Shown here: positions 52,631 through 64,000 of the stretch, piece after piece
How the letters are laid out: every line of letters begins with the position of its first letter
Numbering within the stretch: position 1 is the first letter of the stretch
Assembly: GCF_006345805.1 (NCBI RefSeq)
Contig: NC_043008.1
Location: 46,004,001-46,068,000, forward strand
Source of the DNA: Octopus sinensis
Lineage: Eukaryota
Length of the DNA: 64,000 nucleotides
Direction: 5' to 3'
The notes under the pieces: model-generated
What the model was told of the DNA's origin: nothing
Seen by the model: only the letters and a program-made list of their open reading frames with translations
The model's database searches: none
Position numbers and translations under genes: made by a program

Positions 52631-55193
52631 TACATATATACATACATATGCATACATACTTAATAACAGTTTGATTGAGATCCACGAAACTTAAAATTTC
52701 AAAGGCTCATAGAATGAACCTGACTCGTCACACGTCTACAGGTAGAGTAATAGTATATGGAATAATTTCAAGATTGCTGCCAAACATCAGTCATTTACTT
52801 ATTTCAGTCAGCATAGCAAGGAACTTCCCGACACCCCATCCGTATTATAACCTTTTCAACCTCCACATCTTCAGTGTCAGTTACTTCAGCTTAGACAATG
52901 ATTTCTTCTAACATTGCACGCCACAGTAAACGCAAACACACGTCTAGACATTCCCCAATATTACCAACTGCCCAATGGGAGATGCTGTCTCTTAAAGGCT
53001 TTGGTCTATAGAACCACTGTCACAATATCAGATGGCATGATGGCCAGTGACCCACAAGGGAACGCATAAACGGAATTTGCTTTTCTTTATTTGCAGGATT
53101 AGGGAAACATTCAACCTCGTAGTCCCGTTTTATTTGGAGACGATGTGACGATCGGAACGACTTCCCTAACATCGAATGGAGAACCATTGATTAGGCACCT
53201 CCTTACGTCTCTGAATTCGCAATTGCCAACTCTGCCGCACGAGAAATTGCACATATTCCAGCAACATGCAGTATACGTCAACAGGAGAAGTGAGCTAACT
53301 TATTGTTACCACCAGAGGCACACCTTATTAATGAAGTTGAATCCACTGACAGCGGACAATCCACACATACTACCTTCGGCCTGGCTGCTCCACCCTCAAC
53401 GATAGGGTAATATAATGCATGCCGCCAGTATAGACTACAGCCCCATCAATGCTGTGAATCCAAACTTAGCATTGCCAAATTTGTATCCAACCCCACCAAA
53501 TGTGCTCCCACCGAAATTCTGTTGCCGCAACAGCGTTATTTTTTCATTAAATCACGACAAATACCCGGCAAATACAACGAACTGATGTCACGAAACAAAA
53601 CATTGGGCAGCTTCGAGACATAGGGTCTACGTGGGCTCAAGAACAAAATAACTGATGTCGCTTACAGACCAGTAACGTTATTCGCAATTTTTAATCAGAC
53701 TGTTCATACTAAATTTGCGAGACCTATGAAAATTTCCATGTCCATCATTATTTCTCTTCCTAGAGTGAAAAAGTTTTCATCCATCTTATCCTGTCACTTC
53801 ACACATCTCAACCAACCTTCTTATTGTGCGCTGTGCGGTAAAACGTTAAACTTCCACTAATATCCGCTTAGAAGGTAATATAAGTAACCAGCTATATTTC
53901 AGGGATATCCGACACGACAACTGCTAATTTCCGTTCTACAGACCATACATACCATTCACGCCTCCGTCTTGACTTTTATACAGACTTAAAACGTTCCGCC
54001 TTGGATTGGAAATTTCCACCAAGATTTCAATTTCTAGCTTCATTTCCTTCAACATCATAACCCTCACACACACAGACACACACACACACACACACCACAC
54101 ACACACACATACACACACACATACACACACACTACATTCCAATCTGCCCATCTCCCCCCTACACACACCTATAACTCACATGCGCAAAATGAACTTTTCC
54201 CTTTCACATCCATAACGTGACAATATGTTGCCATAAAATTGTGATCAATGATTCCATTAATGACACTTCTCTGTTTAGCATCACACACACACACACACGC
54301 TTGCTATACATGATCAGCCACATCAGGTATGTCTGTCATGTTCTTAGCTCTTCATTTACTGTAAATACACATCAGTTCAATGGAGAGTGACAACAGCCCC
54401 GGGAAAGACAGAGTTGAAGAACGATAGACAGAATATTTGATTAGTCGGATATCTCTACAAATATGTTTCTAGGGGATTTGCATGTGGTAAGACTAATATG
54501 ATATTTTCTTTCTACTTGAATGCTTTAAAAAACAGAATATTTCTGCAAGAAGATTTGTTGCCAATGTAGTCAAGCTGAGGTTCGAATATTTTGCGAAAAC
54601 TACAGTAGCTTGGTTTGTTATTGATGGTTTTGTTAGGCAATGGATAATTAACCTCACATCTGTTCTGGTAACAGTCTTCATAATACTGTAGCATACGAGA
54701 GACGTACGAACTGTTCAGTGACTGTATAATTAGTCGAAAGGCGGGTGGCTATTATTGTGTGAGAAACACTGCATTTTACATAAGTATTCGAATAACTTAA
54801 ATGGAAAGCTGAAACATCAACGTTAAATTTCGAAACCTCTAAACTGGAAATACCAGAATGATGTAAAAGTGCATTTCCTCTCTAAACGGAAGTGTAAATA
54901 TGTTGTCAAGCTGTTGTGCTGATTATCACTTACCTGCAGTTTCTACAATCGTAGAAGTCATTCCAACATTCAAACCTAAGCTAGAGTCCCCCATTATTCT
55001 TATCCTATCTGCTGAAAAAAGATTTCGGATCCCGATTCTGATTGAGTAATGCTTAAGACGTTTCGCGAAGCTGCCTATTTCACATTCAACTCAATGTATA
55101 GGTCCACCCCATCACTAAACACACATCCACTTTTTCCAAGTACAATACCCACCGAGTACACTCGCAAACATATGCACACACATGCACACACAA

Positions 55194-55274
<81 letters not shown>

Positions 55275-55760
55275 ACAGGTTTAAAAGTTTGTATATTACG
55301 TTTAAATTAGCGGATGCCATTTCTGAGTGATGGGACTGAGTTTCAAAATAAAACCGCGTGTTGTAAGTACACATCTCCATACACTGTGTAAATACATACA
55401 TATGTGAATTTGGTGTGAAGGGAAATGGAGACGTCAAATATCCTAACTACTTGAGAAATATTTTAATTAGGAATCTAAAAATATTTCCTGTCGTTTTGAT
55501 TTGTTAAAGTGTTCTATTTACAACATTGACTAACAAGGGCAGCAGATTTCATTATATTCTAAAAATATAGCCTTTTTTTTTTTTGTCTCTCTTTGCATTT
55601 ACAACTTCGCTCCTGTGCTGCAAATATCAAATGAAGTTTTATGATAAATACAGAGCTATCATGGCTATCTGTTATTGACTACGCATAAATGTTGAAATTG
55701 ATACTCCTTTCTACAGAAGAAGGTAAACTTTTCAAGAGAAAAACAATCAATATGCCGTCC

Positions 55761-55975
55761 CAGAACCGTTAGCACGACGGGCGAAATGCGTAGCCGTATT
55801 TCGTCTGCCGTTACGTTCTGAGTTCAAATTCTGCCGAGGTCGACTTTGCCTTTCATCCTTTCGGGATCGATAAATTAAGTACCAGTAACGCACTGGGGTC
55901 GATGTAATCGACTTAATTCGTTTGTCTGTCCTTATTTGTCCCCTCTATGTTTGGCCCCTTGTGGGTAATAAAGAA
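55761..55975 (+). mobile_element. tRNA-derived SINE (family A), slightly 5'-truncated
   Basis: Closely matches 48341-48570 and 56503-56735. Confidence 0.92.
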
Positions 55976-56502
55976 GCAAAAAAATAGTCATCGTAACTTT
56001 CAGGGAAAATTTAAATCTAATTCATTTCTATTCAAAATATTTTACTCTGTCAAGGATACTGAAATAAATTTTTTATACATCGTAGAACTTATTAAAAGGC
56101 ACATCTCTCGAGGTTGGTATTTTGCTGCAGCCAGTTGTTTGGTTAAATAAATCGAACATCGACCACATTTGCAAGCGATTATATCCTTTTGTTTTCCTAT
56201 CCTAAATCTTGTACTCTGTTTCTTCTTTCCTCTCTAAATAAAAATAAAAATACTAAACAAGCATTGAGTTTCATTTATTCTAAAATAATTGATTATCTCT
56301 CTCCTCAAAATTGCTCGTCTGTTGCCTCGACTAAAAACTGATTGTAAAACAAAAGATAAATTCTAAAAGCCAAGGTCTTGACATCAGTTTCTGTTTCGAG
56401 ACACCTCCTCCTAGCAGATGCAGGTTTATCAGCTTTGCATCTGAAATATTAAAACCATGGTGGTGTGGTAGTTGAAATGGCAGAAAATTGAACTTATTTA
56501 AA

Positions 56503-56735
56503 GGCGGCGAGCTGGCAGAACCGTTAGCCCGCCGGCCGAAATGCTTGGCGGTATTTCGTTTGCCGCTACGTTCTGAGTTCAAATTACACCGAGGTCGACT
56601 TTGCCTTTCATCCTTTCGGGGTCGATTAAATAAGTACCAGTTACGCACTAGGGTCGATATAATCGACTTAATCCGTTTGTCTCTCCTTGTTTGTCTCCTC
56701 TGTTTGTAGCTCCTTGAGGGCAGTAAAGAAATAAG
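56503..56735 (+). mobile_element. tRNA-derived SINE (family A), full length with TSD
   Basis: ggcggcgagctggcagaaccgttag..gagttcaaatt..; TSD gaacttattta at 56490-56500 and 56742-56752. Confidence 0.93.
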
Positions 56736-58119
56736 AATATAGAACTTATTTAGTCTCATCCATTTGAGTGTTTTCACTGCTCTTCACAACATGACAGTTT
56801 CGATAAAATAAACACCAAACACACACTCGACTGACTCAACCGATTCAATATTTCTCACATGAAAAATTTTCTCCATATTCCCTAGTTTTCAAATCTTAAC
56901 AATTCATTCCATAGAATATGAATTCCAGTTTGTTGAAATCAGTTCTCTCTAATTTCATTATATTCGTAAAAAAAACCATGTTGTATTTTACACTTAATTA
57001 AAAATTGCAATTTGTATTCTGCTCTGATAAATAGAAATCTGATAATTAATTAAAGTTGAAATTTGTATTCTACTGCTTCCAGATGCACAATTTATCTTTA
57101 TTAAGGGAGACTATTTAAACTGGTGTTACGCAGCTAAAAGAAAAATGCGAGTTAACTTTTAGCAAATATTCAACATTAGCGATCAAGTTCAAATGATTAG
57201 TATTCACTCCAGTAAAGTGTGGTTGCTCTGAATCAGCTTATACGTTAAAATTAGTATTCTCCTCGATAAACTTACTGTTTCCTATGTTCATGGCTTTTCA
57301 AATGTACAGTTAATGCACAGCGAATTAGTAAAAATATTTACGTAAGCCATTTGGCGACTCAGAACACCTATAAATGCACTGCAGCGTTCGTAGAAGGGAG
57401 GAGGACGATATGTCTGAGTGTAATCACTCTTTTGGTTATAGTGTTTTTACATTTCATTTAATTGTATTTCCTGCATAAATCAATACGCCTTACTTCTTCT
57501 AAAAACCATCAAACGGACATCGTTCACTGTTACTTAACATTAAACCTCTCTGGTCTGTTCTTCTCGTACAAGAATTTACACTCTATACTAAATATAATTA
57601 TGCAGAGCTTCATTGACTTACAGTCAGACACGTCGCAGTTATGCAAGCGCCAGTCTCTGGCACATTGATGTAGCCGTATAGATTTTATTCATGGTTGAAC
57701 TAGTCTCAATTCCTTTGAACTAACTGAAACAGGTTAAAAGTCCCAAATTATAGACTACGTTTCTCAAAAGCGTTGAGCCATTGGCTGTTCTTGAAAAACA
57801 AAGTGATGTTTTACGGTCCACTCGACTACCATGTTTTATATTTAAATTGATATATCGCCTTTCATCTAAATAGTTACGTGATCAGATCACTATCATCGAA
57901 AATTTTCAACTTGAGAGTTTTAACACAACCTTAGTGAAGATGTGTGTGCAAGTTCCAGTTAAACCTATTGAAATGTTGTACGATAATATAATATGAGATT
58001 TCTGAGAAATTGCGGTCTTCTTGTAGGACATATGACTCAGTCTTAATTACATCGAAAGCTGCAGTGACTCAGACAACAAAGTGTTTGTATTTGATGCATC
58101 AACGACGGCGGCTCTTACC

Positions 58120-58290
58120 TCCGTATTTAACAGTGATAGGAAACAGCGGGCTGAATTGGATGCTAGAATTGCAGATGCTGGCACAGTCGTACGCCAGCTC
58201 CAGTAATCGTTCCTCAGAAAATGAGAGGTGGGTAAAAAAAGCCAAACTCGCTATCTTCAATTCGATTTACGTGCTTATCTTCTTACGGAG
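58120..58290 (+). mobile_element. RTE-clade LINE remnant
   Basis: Frameshifted ELDARIADAGTVVRQLQ..KKAKLAIFNSIYV resembles the RTE post-RT region. Confidence 0.5.
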
Positions 58291-59228
58291 GTAAAAAGAA
58301 TCTTATCGAAGTTGGCCTTTTCCAGTCACGAAATTGAGACTCTAAAATCAGTTGGACTCGTGGATGACTCTAGGTGGGCGAACCAAAGAGGGAGTTTCTG
58401 CGTCCTGTTTCGCATTGCTAGAAATAGGAATTATATTGCCTCTCTTTACATTTTGCCATCTTAAAAAAAAGTACACATTCGATGACAAAGTTTTGGTACA
58501 CTATGCTTGGAAAAATATGATGGAATGGTCACAGAGAGAGAGAGAGAGTCTTTGATAGCAGATCTGCTCGAGCAGAGGTGGCCTGGAGCTGAACAATATT
58601 CCTTGTAAATAATTAGTTTAACAAAATGACTTGATCTAACTCGGTGTGGTGGGACCGGAACAATTTGTGTAGAAGTGAGATGCTGAGCCTAATTCAATGA
58701 TGGTGAGGAAGAATCGTGATAAACATCTACATCACATTTATTTTCTTATATTCACTTTTCCTTTATGTTCTAATAGACTTATATTTGTTATTAAGGTGTC
58801 AACTACCGTCCTGTTAACTTAGTGAAATCACTGGATACGATTCCACTGTAATTCTTTTATGATATTTGGCACCGTTTTAATTCTTAGGTTAAAAAGTCTG
58901 TTCCCTGTCAATGTTATCGTTCATCACATCTAATATTTAACTTTAAAAATAGGTAAATCAACACGCAATCATGCCGAGACTAACGTTGATTTACCATAAT
59001 CGAATTCTGCTAAGTTCGCTGAGATGGTGATATGACATCACGAAATCTCGGACTGATGAACAGAAATTCTCCTTGCTTTGATAGACAAACCTTTCTTCAG
59101 CCCTCGCCTTCAAGAAATTTTTCACTTCTGTATAGCCTTCGTAACTATTGCAGTATAACAAGAGTTCGATAGCGGCAACGAAATGCTTGAATTTGCAAAT
59201 CATATCCAAATGAAGTTTTTAACTTTTG

Positions 59229-59405
59229 ACCCAGCAATATTGAGAAAGGGGAGAGTTGATTACATCCACCTCAAAGCACAGCTGGTAATTATCGATCCCG
59301 AAAGGATGCAAGGCACAGTCGACCTCGGTGGAATTTGAGCTCAGAGTGTGAGGACGGACGAAAAGCTGCTAAGCATTTACTCCGGCTTGCTAACGATTCT
59401 GCCTT
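59229..59405 (-). mobile_element. tRNA-derived SINE (family A), diverged
   Basis: ttatcgatcccgaaaggatgcaaggcacagtcgacctcggtggaatttgagctcaga..gctaacgattctgcc. Confidence 0.85.
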
Positions 59406-60873
59406 AAATGACATCCAAATATTACAATATATTTCACCAACTACTCCTTCTCCTCTCTGAATTTATTTTATCCGTTATTGTTTTTACGTAAACAATAATA
59501 AAATTTCATAAAATTCAGATCCCAAATAGATACGAGATAATAGCTATAAATATATCAAGTTATCACGACCCTAAATAGGGTACTAATCTATTTTAGTTTA
59601 CACCCCCAGAAATTTTGCTGTTTATCTGAATTCTTTAGAGCTAGGTAACCTGAGGTAAGGCTGCAGGCATTCTTGGTGCCATGAGAGAGTGAACTTCAAC
59701 TTAGTAACCATGAACCGTTTGGTAGACTTAATATTACAGCTGCTCCGCCGCCGACTTGTTCTTCAATGACTGGAAGTTTAGCAAATAAAGTTGAACATCA
59801 AATTTAATAACAATAATGATTTGCTAAAATGGTTCAGGAAGAATAGTCTGCAAGAATCTAGAGAAGCTTTTAGTGCTGTGTTACATTCTTCATACATTCA
59901 ATAGGACAAAACGTGAATTCATGGGGGAAAAAGCAAAGAATAATAAATGCAGAAAAGAAACAGCAACAGCAAAAATGACTAAAAATGTGTATCGTCTGAA
60001 TTTCTGTCTGTGTGTCTCACGCTAATTTCTCTAACCAGTATATGTGGCTCATTAAAATCTATTAGGCAGTACACATTTATACGTACGCGCATTCACACAC
60101 ACACACACACACACGCATGCCGCACGCACGTACACACACACACGCGCATGTCGCACGTACGTACACACACACACATACGCGGTCGCGCGCGCACACACAC
60201 ACACTAAACGCATGTGTGTGAGTTTCCTGTTCATTCTTAGAGAGTGTTCGGCCTAAATATTTGCACCAGCAGCAGAATCACTGACACCACCACCACCACC
60301 ACCATCCTTCTCCCCCTCCTCTTAGAATGCGAACATTGCCACCATCCACCCTCCTCACCATCAACACCACAACCACAATCATACCACTCTACTCCAGCGG
60401 ATTCAGACTGGAATTATACTTGAAATCTAGTTGGAGATGAAAAAAATAAACTTTAAATAAATAAATAAAACATCATGTTGCTTACTAAACGTGGAAAAAC
60501 AAGCAGTTTTTTATTCATTTTACGCACATCTCCCTTGCAAAAGAAATAAGTAAAAACTATCTCAGCCCCTCCACTATCATAAACACTGTAAGCAGCACAC
60601 ACACACACACACACTCACACACTTTCATCTTACCCCTCCAACACTACTCATTATATCGTATTACTTTTAACTTCTAGGGCGATCTCTCACAGTAAAACAC
60701 TCGACATACATAGAGTAAATAAATTGAAGAGGACGAAAACGAAAATAGGTCTTATTAATAGGTCTTATTAATAGATGCCGCGATTCTACGCATTCACAGG
60801 GTCTAGCGAAAGCACGTGTCTCATCAGTCACGCGTTCTTTCTTTACAATGCGTAAAAAATAATATACAATACA

Positions 60874-60889
60874 TATCTATCTATGTATG

Positions 60890-60976
<87 letters not shown>

Positions 60977-60977
60977 C

Positions 60978-61015
<38 letters not shown>

Positions 61016-61048
61016 ATACACACATATGTGTATATACTTATATATATA

Positions 61049-61086
<38 letters not shown>
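60874..61086. repeat. (TATC)n + (TA)n microsatellite
   Basis: Visible simple repeat. Confidence 0.95.
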
Positions 61087-61089
<3 letters not shown>

Positions 61090-61179
61090 GGAACAGTCAA
61101 TAGCTTTAAAGAGCATCAAAATTAAAATTGTAGCTGAGAAAGAGTTAGTGGATATGGAGGAACGGAAGCCACTTGAACA

Positions 61180-61765
61180 CTGAAATACGTGTATGATGAT
61201 GCTTCACGCCGGCTATCAAAATGCTGACCTTACGACTGTTGCTCGATGTTCTTTGAACATTGTAACGAATGCAATGTGGGACATGGACAACTAAGGCGTT
61301 CTGACTGCGTCCGCAACTTGCAATTCGTTGTCACACCTTTGAACTGGGACTTGGCTCTATTCAAACGGTTCTGTGAAGATGTAGGAGGCTGTGATTAGTC
61401 CCTAACTGGAGAAAGATGCAGCTGGGAAGCCATACATGTATGGCAGCAGGATTCGACTGCTTGCCATACCTCCGAAAAGAATCAGAATTGGTTGACGGAG
61501 AATTTCTACAACCTCTCCAGTCTAATTTTCTGACTTCCGAATTCCTCCGATTGCAACATCAGGGATTACTATGAGCGGGATGTGGTTGCAAAAGCTAACA
61601 ATCGCTCTACCTGCAACGCTAAGTACGAAATGTTGGCTAAGATCAAGGAGGTGTCCGAAAACCTTCTCAGAGACACACTTGTGCCAGATTCTTGAGTCAT
61701 CTTGGATCTTGGGAACGTGGTGGAAGCTGAGAGCAGCTAGTTTCATTAAACTGTGGTCTCCCAGC
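61180..61765 (+). mobile_element. Tc1/mariner-superfamily (DD37D/maT-like) transposase remnant, internally deleted
   Basis: Frameshifted AAGKPY..WQQDSTACHTSEKNQNWLTENFY..PNSSDCN..DYY..IKEVS..VVEAE resembles QQDxAPxHxS..WPPxSPDxNPxDY. Confidence 0.7.
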
Positions 61766-61766
61766 G

Positions 61767-61829
<63 letters not shown>

Positions 61830-61837
61830 TATATATA

Positions 61838-62143
61838 ACGTAGTTTTGTATTTGTTGAAGAATTGAGCTCGCAAAGTATTTTTGTATTCTTATTCTTGTA
61901 ACCTCGTCCGTTTTTCCGTCCTTGTTTTGTATACATTCGAGGCTTTCTTCCAAGGAATCTAATGTGCTTGGCTTAGATTTTCCTTTGGGCCTGGCCAGAT
62001 CGGAGCAATCTCAAGATTAATCAGCCGAAATTGCGAGGATGATCCGGTTCTTGACTGAAGATTAAAGGCTTCGAATGTCCCGTCCGTGTTTTTTGTATCG
62101 TCTTCTAAACGTTTGGCGTTCTTGTCCCAGTTTGTATTTTTTT
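61838..62143 (+). mobile_element. ~305-bp structured non-coding insert between two (TA)n tracts
   Basis: Long-range stem 61933-61946/62064-62078, hairpin 61950-61988, and hammerhead core motifs. Confidence 0.55.
62005..62070 (+). ncRNA. Candidate non-circularly permuted (pseudoknotted) hammerhead ribozyme
   Basis: GCAAU-C^-UCAAGA ... AGCC-GAAA-UUGC ... UCUUGA-CUGAAGA-UUAAA-GGCU. Helix III GCAAU/AUUGC and helix I UCAAGA/UCUUGA are perfect. Confidence 0.6.
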
Positions 62144-62145
62144 AC

Positions 62146-62176
<31 letters not shown>

Positions 62177-62252
62177 GCGACGCCCGTACCCCTTTCGTCT
62201 TATACGTAAGTACATATTTATATATATATATTTGTATATATATATGTGTGTG

Positions 62253-62283
<31 letters not shown>

Positions 62284-62569
62284 AACATATAGACTTTAGT
62301 ACATCTTTCATATTCAACTAGAAATGTTTCTGTTCCATGTATACTTTCATCGTCAGTTCACACAAAAGTTCAAAGTGAAAATTTACATTCTTCTTGCGGT
62401 TTTAGACATAAGAATGGCTCTTCCTCAGACCAACCTCAAAGGTGTGCTTTTACATCCTGTGCCCTTCCGATGTTTGTTATTTGCGTACGTCGAGAGGAAA
62501 ACAAAAAGTAGATAAGAAAGTAAATAAAATTATGATTAGACTATGGGGGGGACATTATAAATGAAGTGA

Positions 62570-62692
62570 GAGAAGGAAAAGATGGAGGAGGAGGAGGAGG
62601 AAGAGAAGTTTAAGGAAAAGAAGGAGGAGAAGAAAAAGAAGAAGAAGAAAAGTAAGAAGTAGAAGAAAGGGGAAGAGCAGGAGGATGAGGAC
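62570..62692. repeat. Polypurine (GAG/GAA)n tract
   Basis: Visible low-complexity tract. Confidence 0.85.
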
Positions 62693-64000
62693 CTTATATA
62701 CACACACACATTTAAGTCAATATATGGCTTCAAGTAATCCGGGAATACCCATATAAAAACTCCTTGGTGTATCATTGCACAAACCATATAAGACTATATA
62801 GATATATACAAGAGAAAAGGATAAGGCGTGTATAGATTTCTAAATGCCAGAAATATTTTGATGGATTATTCTTTAACAATGAAAACAAAATTCTAATATC
62901 ACAACAAATTGTTTCGTAACTAAAAAGCATGTAAATAATTTGTATTATCATATTTAATAATAAATGAATGCAAAATACAAAGAATTCGTTCAAAGCAATG
63001 CAGAATATGTGCTGCGACGAAGCATTAATGCAGACAGACGTATGTAATTTATTATTAAATATATAATGCAAATCATTTGCATGTTTTTGAGTTACGAAAC
63101 AATTTCACCGATATTAGAGTTTTTTCTTGCTGTGAAATAAAAGTTCATCAAAATATTTCTGTCACATCTATGACTTTATATATATATATATATATTATAT
63201 ATATATATATATAATATATGCGTGTATGTGTGTATGTATATATGTGTGTATGTATATATGTGTGTATGTATATATGTGTGTATGTGTGTATGTGTGTATG
63301 TATGTATGTATGTATGTATGCATGCATGTATGTATACGTGAGTGGGCACGCGCGTTTGTATTTCACAAGCACCAACAAGTACGGTTTCTGTCACAAGTCC
63401 TAAAGTTTCCTACGTTGGTTACAATCAATAATATGAACGCCAGTTATTAAACTGTAACTATTTTACAAATCTCGGGAGAAAAGAAGATAAAGTTAACGCC
63501 GGACCCGGATTTGGAAATCAATACTTGAAGAAGATCCACCCAAGGAATATTGTTGGATACCGTCCTTCTTCTTTCATAATGTTTTAATGCTGATATTTTA
63601 AAACACGTAAAATCGAAAGAATAATTCGACGCATTTCTTGCTCAGCAAAATATGAAATGAAACACAGAGAGTAGTGAGATGGATGAGGTGATTGTATGTG
63701 TGATATGGGCAAAAGAGAGTAATGTTTAGTCCGAGTACTTCACTCAATTTTGCTCATTTCACGTAATGAGGTGATGCATAGCAGCTTGCTTTGCTAAATT
63801 TAGACATCAAGTTAGTTCGACGGAAAATATCCTTTCTCTGGAATGCGCTTCCGTTTATTAAATTCATCTTGCATATTAAATGTATGTCGGATTGAGCAAA
63901 TTGCCGAATTATCTTCATCTTTATGTCTTCTGTTCGAATCTCACTGAGAACAATTAATGTTTCAATCACTTGAGTTTCATTAAGCGACCTATGACTATGA

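Noticed and set aside
52700-53700. Higher-GC stretch with an 86-aa ORF after a polypyrimidine-AG
   Set aside because: No recognisable protein similarity; an exon cannot be distinguished from an old TE by eye.

Overview
Eukaryotic, AT-rich, microsatellite-dense window in which I could not support any host protein-coding exon, rRNA or tRNA gene; it reads as intergenic or intronic DNA. The SINE and LINE families resemble those I recall from octopus (coleoid cephalopod) genomes; this is inference. The window is a mosaic of decayed transposons: two CR1-group LINE 3' fragments, an R4/Dong LINE, RTE fragments, an L1/Tx1 LINE, a full-length mariner, a Chapaev3-like element with TIRs and TSD, three further Tc1/mariner derivatives, and about 12 tRNA-type SINE copies or fragments. 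The most interesting signal is a set of small non-coding elements, mostly in or next to microsatellites, that carry self-cleaving-ribozyme motifs. (i) A young 362-bp tandem plus inverted array (42993-44037) has a U3-A8 minimal hammerhead in each unit and resembles a retrozyme or Penelope terminus; the predicted monomer is 362 nt. (ii) A ~305-bp element (61838-62143) holds the hammerhead core motifs and perfect helices I and III in a non-circularly permuted order. (iii) A decayed HDV-like ribozyme fold sits at the 5' end of an RTE-like non-autonomous element. (iv) Several degenerate hammerhead-like motifs occur elsewhere. All folds were derived by eye and are untested.
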